DNA of 59,175 bases, filler included, from Candidatus Woesearchaeota archaeon (GTDB taxonomy: Archaea > Nanobdellota > Nanobdellia > Woesearchaeales > GCA-2685855): assembly GCA_002685855.1 (NCBI GenBank). It is 4 parts of 4 records of this genome, joined end to end, with 100 filler letters (N's around TTAATTAATTAA, not from the genome) between each part and the next. Parts side by side here need not be neighbours in the genome. Positions count along the whole stretch, not along the records: positions 52,586 to 59,175 come from NYYS01000039.1; 3 more parts are not named here. One strand, given 5' to 3'. The position numbers were made by a program, and so were the translations under genes. Of this stretch, positions 56,825 through 59,175 are shown piece by piece. Each line of letters begins with the position of its first letter. Within the stretch, counting starts at the first letter, position 1. Under the pieces are notes generated by a model. The model saw only the letters and a list, made by a program, of their open reading frames with translations. It searched no databases and had not been told where the DNA came from.

Positions 56825-57625
56825 TCAAGCACATCTTCCAGCACCAATATCTGGATCTAATCGTCTGTTTGGTTCGTCCATCTTAATACGACCATACTCC
56901 CGAGCTTCCATCTCTTCTTCAGCTTCTTTTGCAACCTTAAGATAGGTAGTTGATCGATCAGAATCACCTTTCGACAAATATTGCTTACTTCTCTCGTAAC
57001 AAAGATCTACAAAAATACCTACAACCTGATTTAACCTCGAATCCTGCTCAATCTCAGGAGAATCACGGTTATTATGCCAATAGGTAACAAGGGCAGAAAG
57101 ATGCCGTTCATACGGATTAAAGAGGCTGTTTAGTTGTTCTTCAGTTATCCATCCCTTGACTGCATCAAGTTCACCAAGGACCTTTGTTTCCTTCATCACC
57201 CAATTCAGATAATGTGTTCTCAAACTCTCCTCATCAAAATACTGAGAATCTAAACTAAAATAGTCTAGTCCTATCAACAAGTCTAAATAGGCATTATAAA
57301 TTTCAAAATCCTGAGAGCTATCTTCACGAGCACTTTGTTCATAAAAAACTTCCAGCCCAAAATATCCTCTTTCTCCTATAAAAAAATATTCATTTTCAGG
57401 AAGCTCATCTCTTATTTTTTCTTCAAGGTTTGCAGTAATCCTTTCAATAGGTCTACAGAAATAACCTGCTACTGCATCTCTTTCAACCAGCAGATGCAGA
57501 AGATCATCAGGTAACTGCTCATGAACAGGAACATACAAACAGTCTCCCTTAGGAACACTCTTTTGTATAGATGCACAGCCCAGGCTTGCAGCTACAATAA
57601 GAGGGGAAAGTCGTGAAATATTCAT
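56825..57625 (-). CDS. Hypothetical protein, possible lipoprotein
   Basis: MNISRLSPLIVAASLG|C lipobox-like signal. Confidence 0.6.
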   Translation of the reverse strand: MNISRLSPLIVAASLGCASIQKSVPKGDCLYVPVHEQLPDDLLHLLVERDAVAGYFCRPIERITANLEEKIRDELPENEYFFIGERGYFGLEVFYEQSAREDSSQDFEIYNAYLDLLIGLDYFSLDSQYFDEESLRTHYLNWVMKETKVLGELDAVKGWITEEQLNSLFNPYERHLSALVTYWHNNRDSPEIEQDSRLNQVVGIFVDLCYERSKQYLSKGDSDRSTTYLKVAKEAEEEMEAREYGRIKMDEPNRRLDPDIGAGRCA

Positions 57626-57739
57626 CTATCTCAAGAACATAGCACCTCTTATAAAGATAGACAAAAACAAGACTTATTTACTATATTGATAAAAATCGAT
57701 GTGGTCTTCAACAAAGACTTAAACTCGCGTAATAGCTTC

Positions 57740-59175
57740 TCACTCATACCCTGTATAGCTCAACTCAACCGTCTTATCCACAACAGTCAACACATCCTCT
57801 TTTTCAAAGAAGATCTCTTTAAACTCTTCATTCCCATAGCGAATATCAGATGCCTCTGCATATTTGCTGTCTCGATCGTTGTGACTTGCCATAATAGAAT
57901 ACACCCGAATCGGATCTCCCAGCTCAACAATCGAGACTCTTGAAGAACCTGAAGAAACATATCCTATTCCCTCTTCAAAGCGTTCAGTATTTCTTAACAA
58001 TAAAGTAGTTAGGCCGCCATTCAGACTCCATTTTCGATCTCCACCCGACAAACCCACAGAGGGACGATGATCCAGAACATGGATATCTCCCCACTTTTTT
58101 TCAACCGTTCCATAATAGTCGTTCATGGTCTCTACCACCCGCTCCAGAGCAGAACGCATCTCCTTCTCTTCATCTGCAGTAAACAAAAGAATCGAAGAAG
58201 GATCTCCTTTTATCACACCATACTCCTTCCACCAATACCAGAAGATCGTCATTCCTTTGCTATCCTTATCTGCAAAATAATCCCATTCTTGCAGAATCTC
58301 TCGAGCATCGATAACATCCTGATCCGTTCCTGTATAGCCATCTAACGCCTTCAGCAAGCCCGGCACAACATATTTCGCCATCTGGACATAGGTATCCATT
58401 GCATAGCCTTTCATCTCTTCTAACGTAATAGAATCATCCTTATCAAGAAGATGCACAATGCGTTGCCCGCGAAGTCCTTGCTGTTCCTTATTCGCATGCG
58501 TGTAGTCTGGAAAGTCTACCTTTACTGCATCAACAGGCAATGTTGCAAAGCGTGGTGCATCATTTGTTGTTTGAAGCCAGCCCGAAGAAGGATTTTTTAT
58601 GTGAGGAATTCGATCCATCCCAAAATATCCTGACCATTCTGTCTTTGCCTTAGTTCCATCCACCGGCTTGTCCCAATTAAGAGATTCATCCTTGATCGGC
58701 TGCACCATGTTATATACATATAATATGTTTCCATCAACATCTCCTGCAACAATGTTGCCTGTCTGCATCTGCAGATCTCCTAAACTCTCTTTAATATCAT
58801 CAACACTCTTTGCCCGCATCCGCTTAAGCGCCGCAGTAATAACAGAATGAATCTTGTCATTTCCAACAGGCCTCACAGAGATATATCTCTTTCCATCTTT
58901 TAATAGTAAAGGCCCATGATGAGTATACTGAATCGTGGATCTGATCTCTATGCCATCACTTGTCTTAAACACCTCCTCCCTCTCCCGTAGAGGGTGCCAG
59001 CTCCCCTCATACTTGTAGCGGTCTCCATCAACCTCCTCAAGATAGGAATCATAGGTGTCCGGATGATTGGCTGTTCCTGCACCTGCAACATACCTATTTG
59101 TAGAACCCCAAAAACCAGGAAAGCCCGGCGAACTCGTCCCTATAACAGAAAAAGAAGGACTCTCCATGTGAACCT
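57740..59175 (-). CDS. Penicillin acylase/Ntn-hydrolase (S45) family, beta-subunit region, 5' beyond window
   Basis: YTHHGP, GNIVAGDVDGNILY, IKNPSSGWLQTTN, LRGQRI and KWGDIH; frame open at the window end. Confidence 0.82.
   Translation of the reverse strand, partial: VHMESPSFSVIGTSSPGFPGFWGSTNRYVAGAGTANHPDTYDSYLEEVDGDRYKYEGSWHPLREREEVFKTSDGIEIRSTIQYTHHGPLLLKDGKRYISVRPVGNDKIHSVITAALKRMRAKSVDDIKESLGDLQMQTGNIVAGDVDGNILYVYNMVQPIKDESLNWDKPVDGTKAKTEWSGYFGMDRIPHIKNPSSGWLQTTNDAPRFATLPVDAVKVDFPDYTHANKEQQGLRGQRIVHLLDKDDSITLEEMKGYAMDTYVQMAKYVVPGLLKALDGYTGTDQDVIDAREILQEWDYFADKDSKGMTIFWYWWKEYGVIKGDPSSILLFTADEEKEMRSALERVVETMNDYYGTVEKKWGDIHVLDHRPSVGLSGGDRKWSLNGGLTTLLLRNTERFEEGIGYVSSGSSRVSIVELGDPIRVYSIMASHNDRDSKYAEASDIRYGNEEFKEIFFEKEDVLTVVDKTVELSYTGYE

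Overview
Archaeal DNA, most consistent with a DPANN (Woesearchaeota/Pacearchaeota-like) genome. It encodes TBP, MCM, RFC-L, NucS, PINA, archaeal TPI, class III pilin-like proteins and CARDB/Ig surface proteins, and many genes have TATA boxes about 28 nt upstream of their start codons. The window is four contigs joined by artificial 100-nt linkers (13778-13877, 41258-41357, 52486-52585), so gene order across these linkers is not meaningful. All family assignments come from motif recognition; no searches were run. Highlights: (1) Two aminoacyl-tRNA synthetase genes each have a TATA-preceded micro-ORF upstream that ends in a run of cognate codons plus Gln-TAG (MTGVDYIHHQ* before hisS; MFNPLIQRMYSIIIQ* before ileS). 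This suggests leader-peptide control of aaRS genes in an archaeon. (2) All four tRNAs found carry bulge-helix-bulge (BHB) introns, including a hidden triple-intron tRNA-Trp with a C/D-guide-like middle intron and a T-loop-intron tRNA-Cys directly upstream of trmI. (3) A carbamoyltransferase/SGNH/SxtJ/DUF5989 module has a micro-protein ending in a DltX-like FIYxxF motif. (4) A bacterial-type lipoprotein toolkit (Lgt, Lit-like protein, GpsA, lipobox proteins) is present, along with a secreted protein with an outer-membrane-barrel-like C-terminus. (5) Two ORB-like boxes lie upstream of tbp-mcm-RPA, marking a candidate replication origin.
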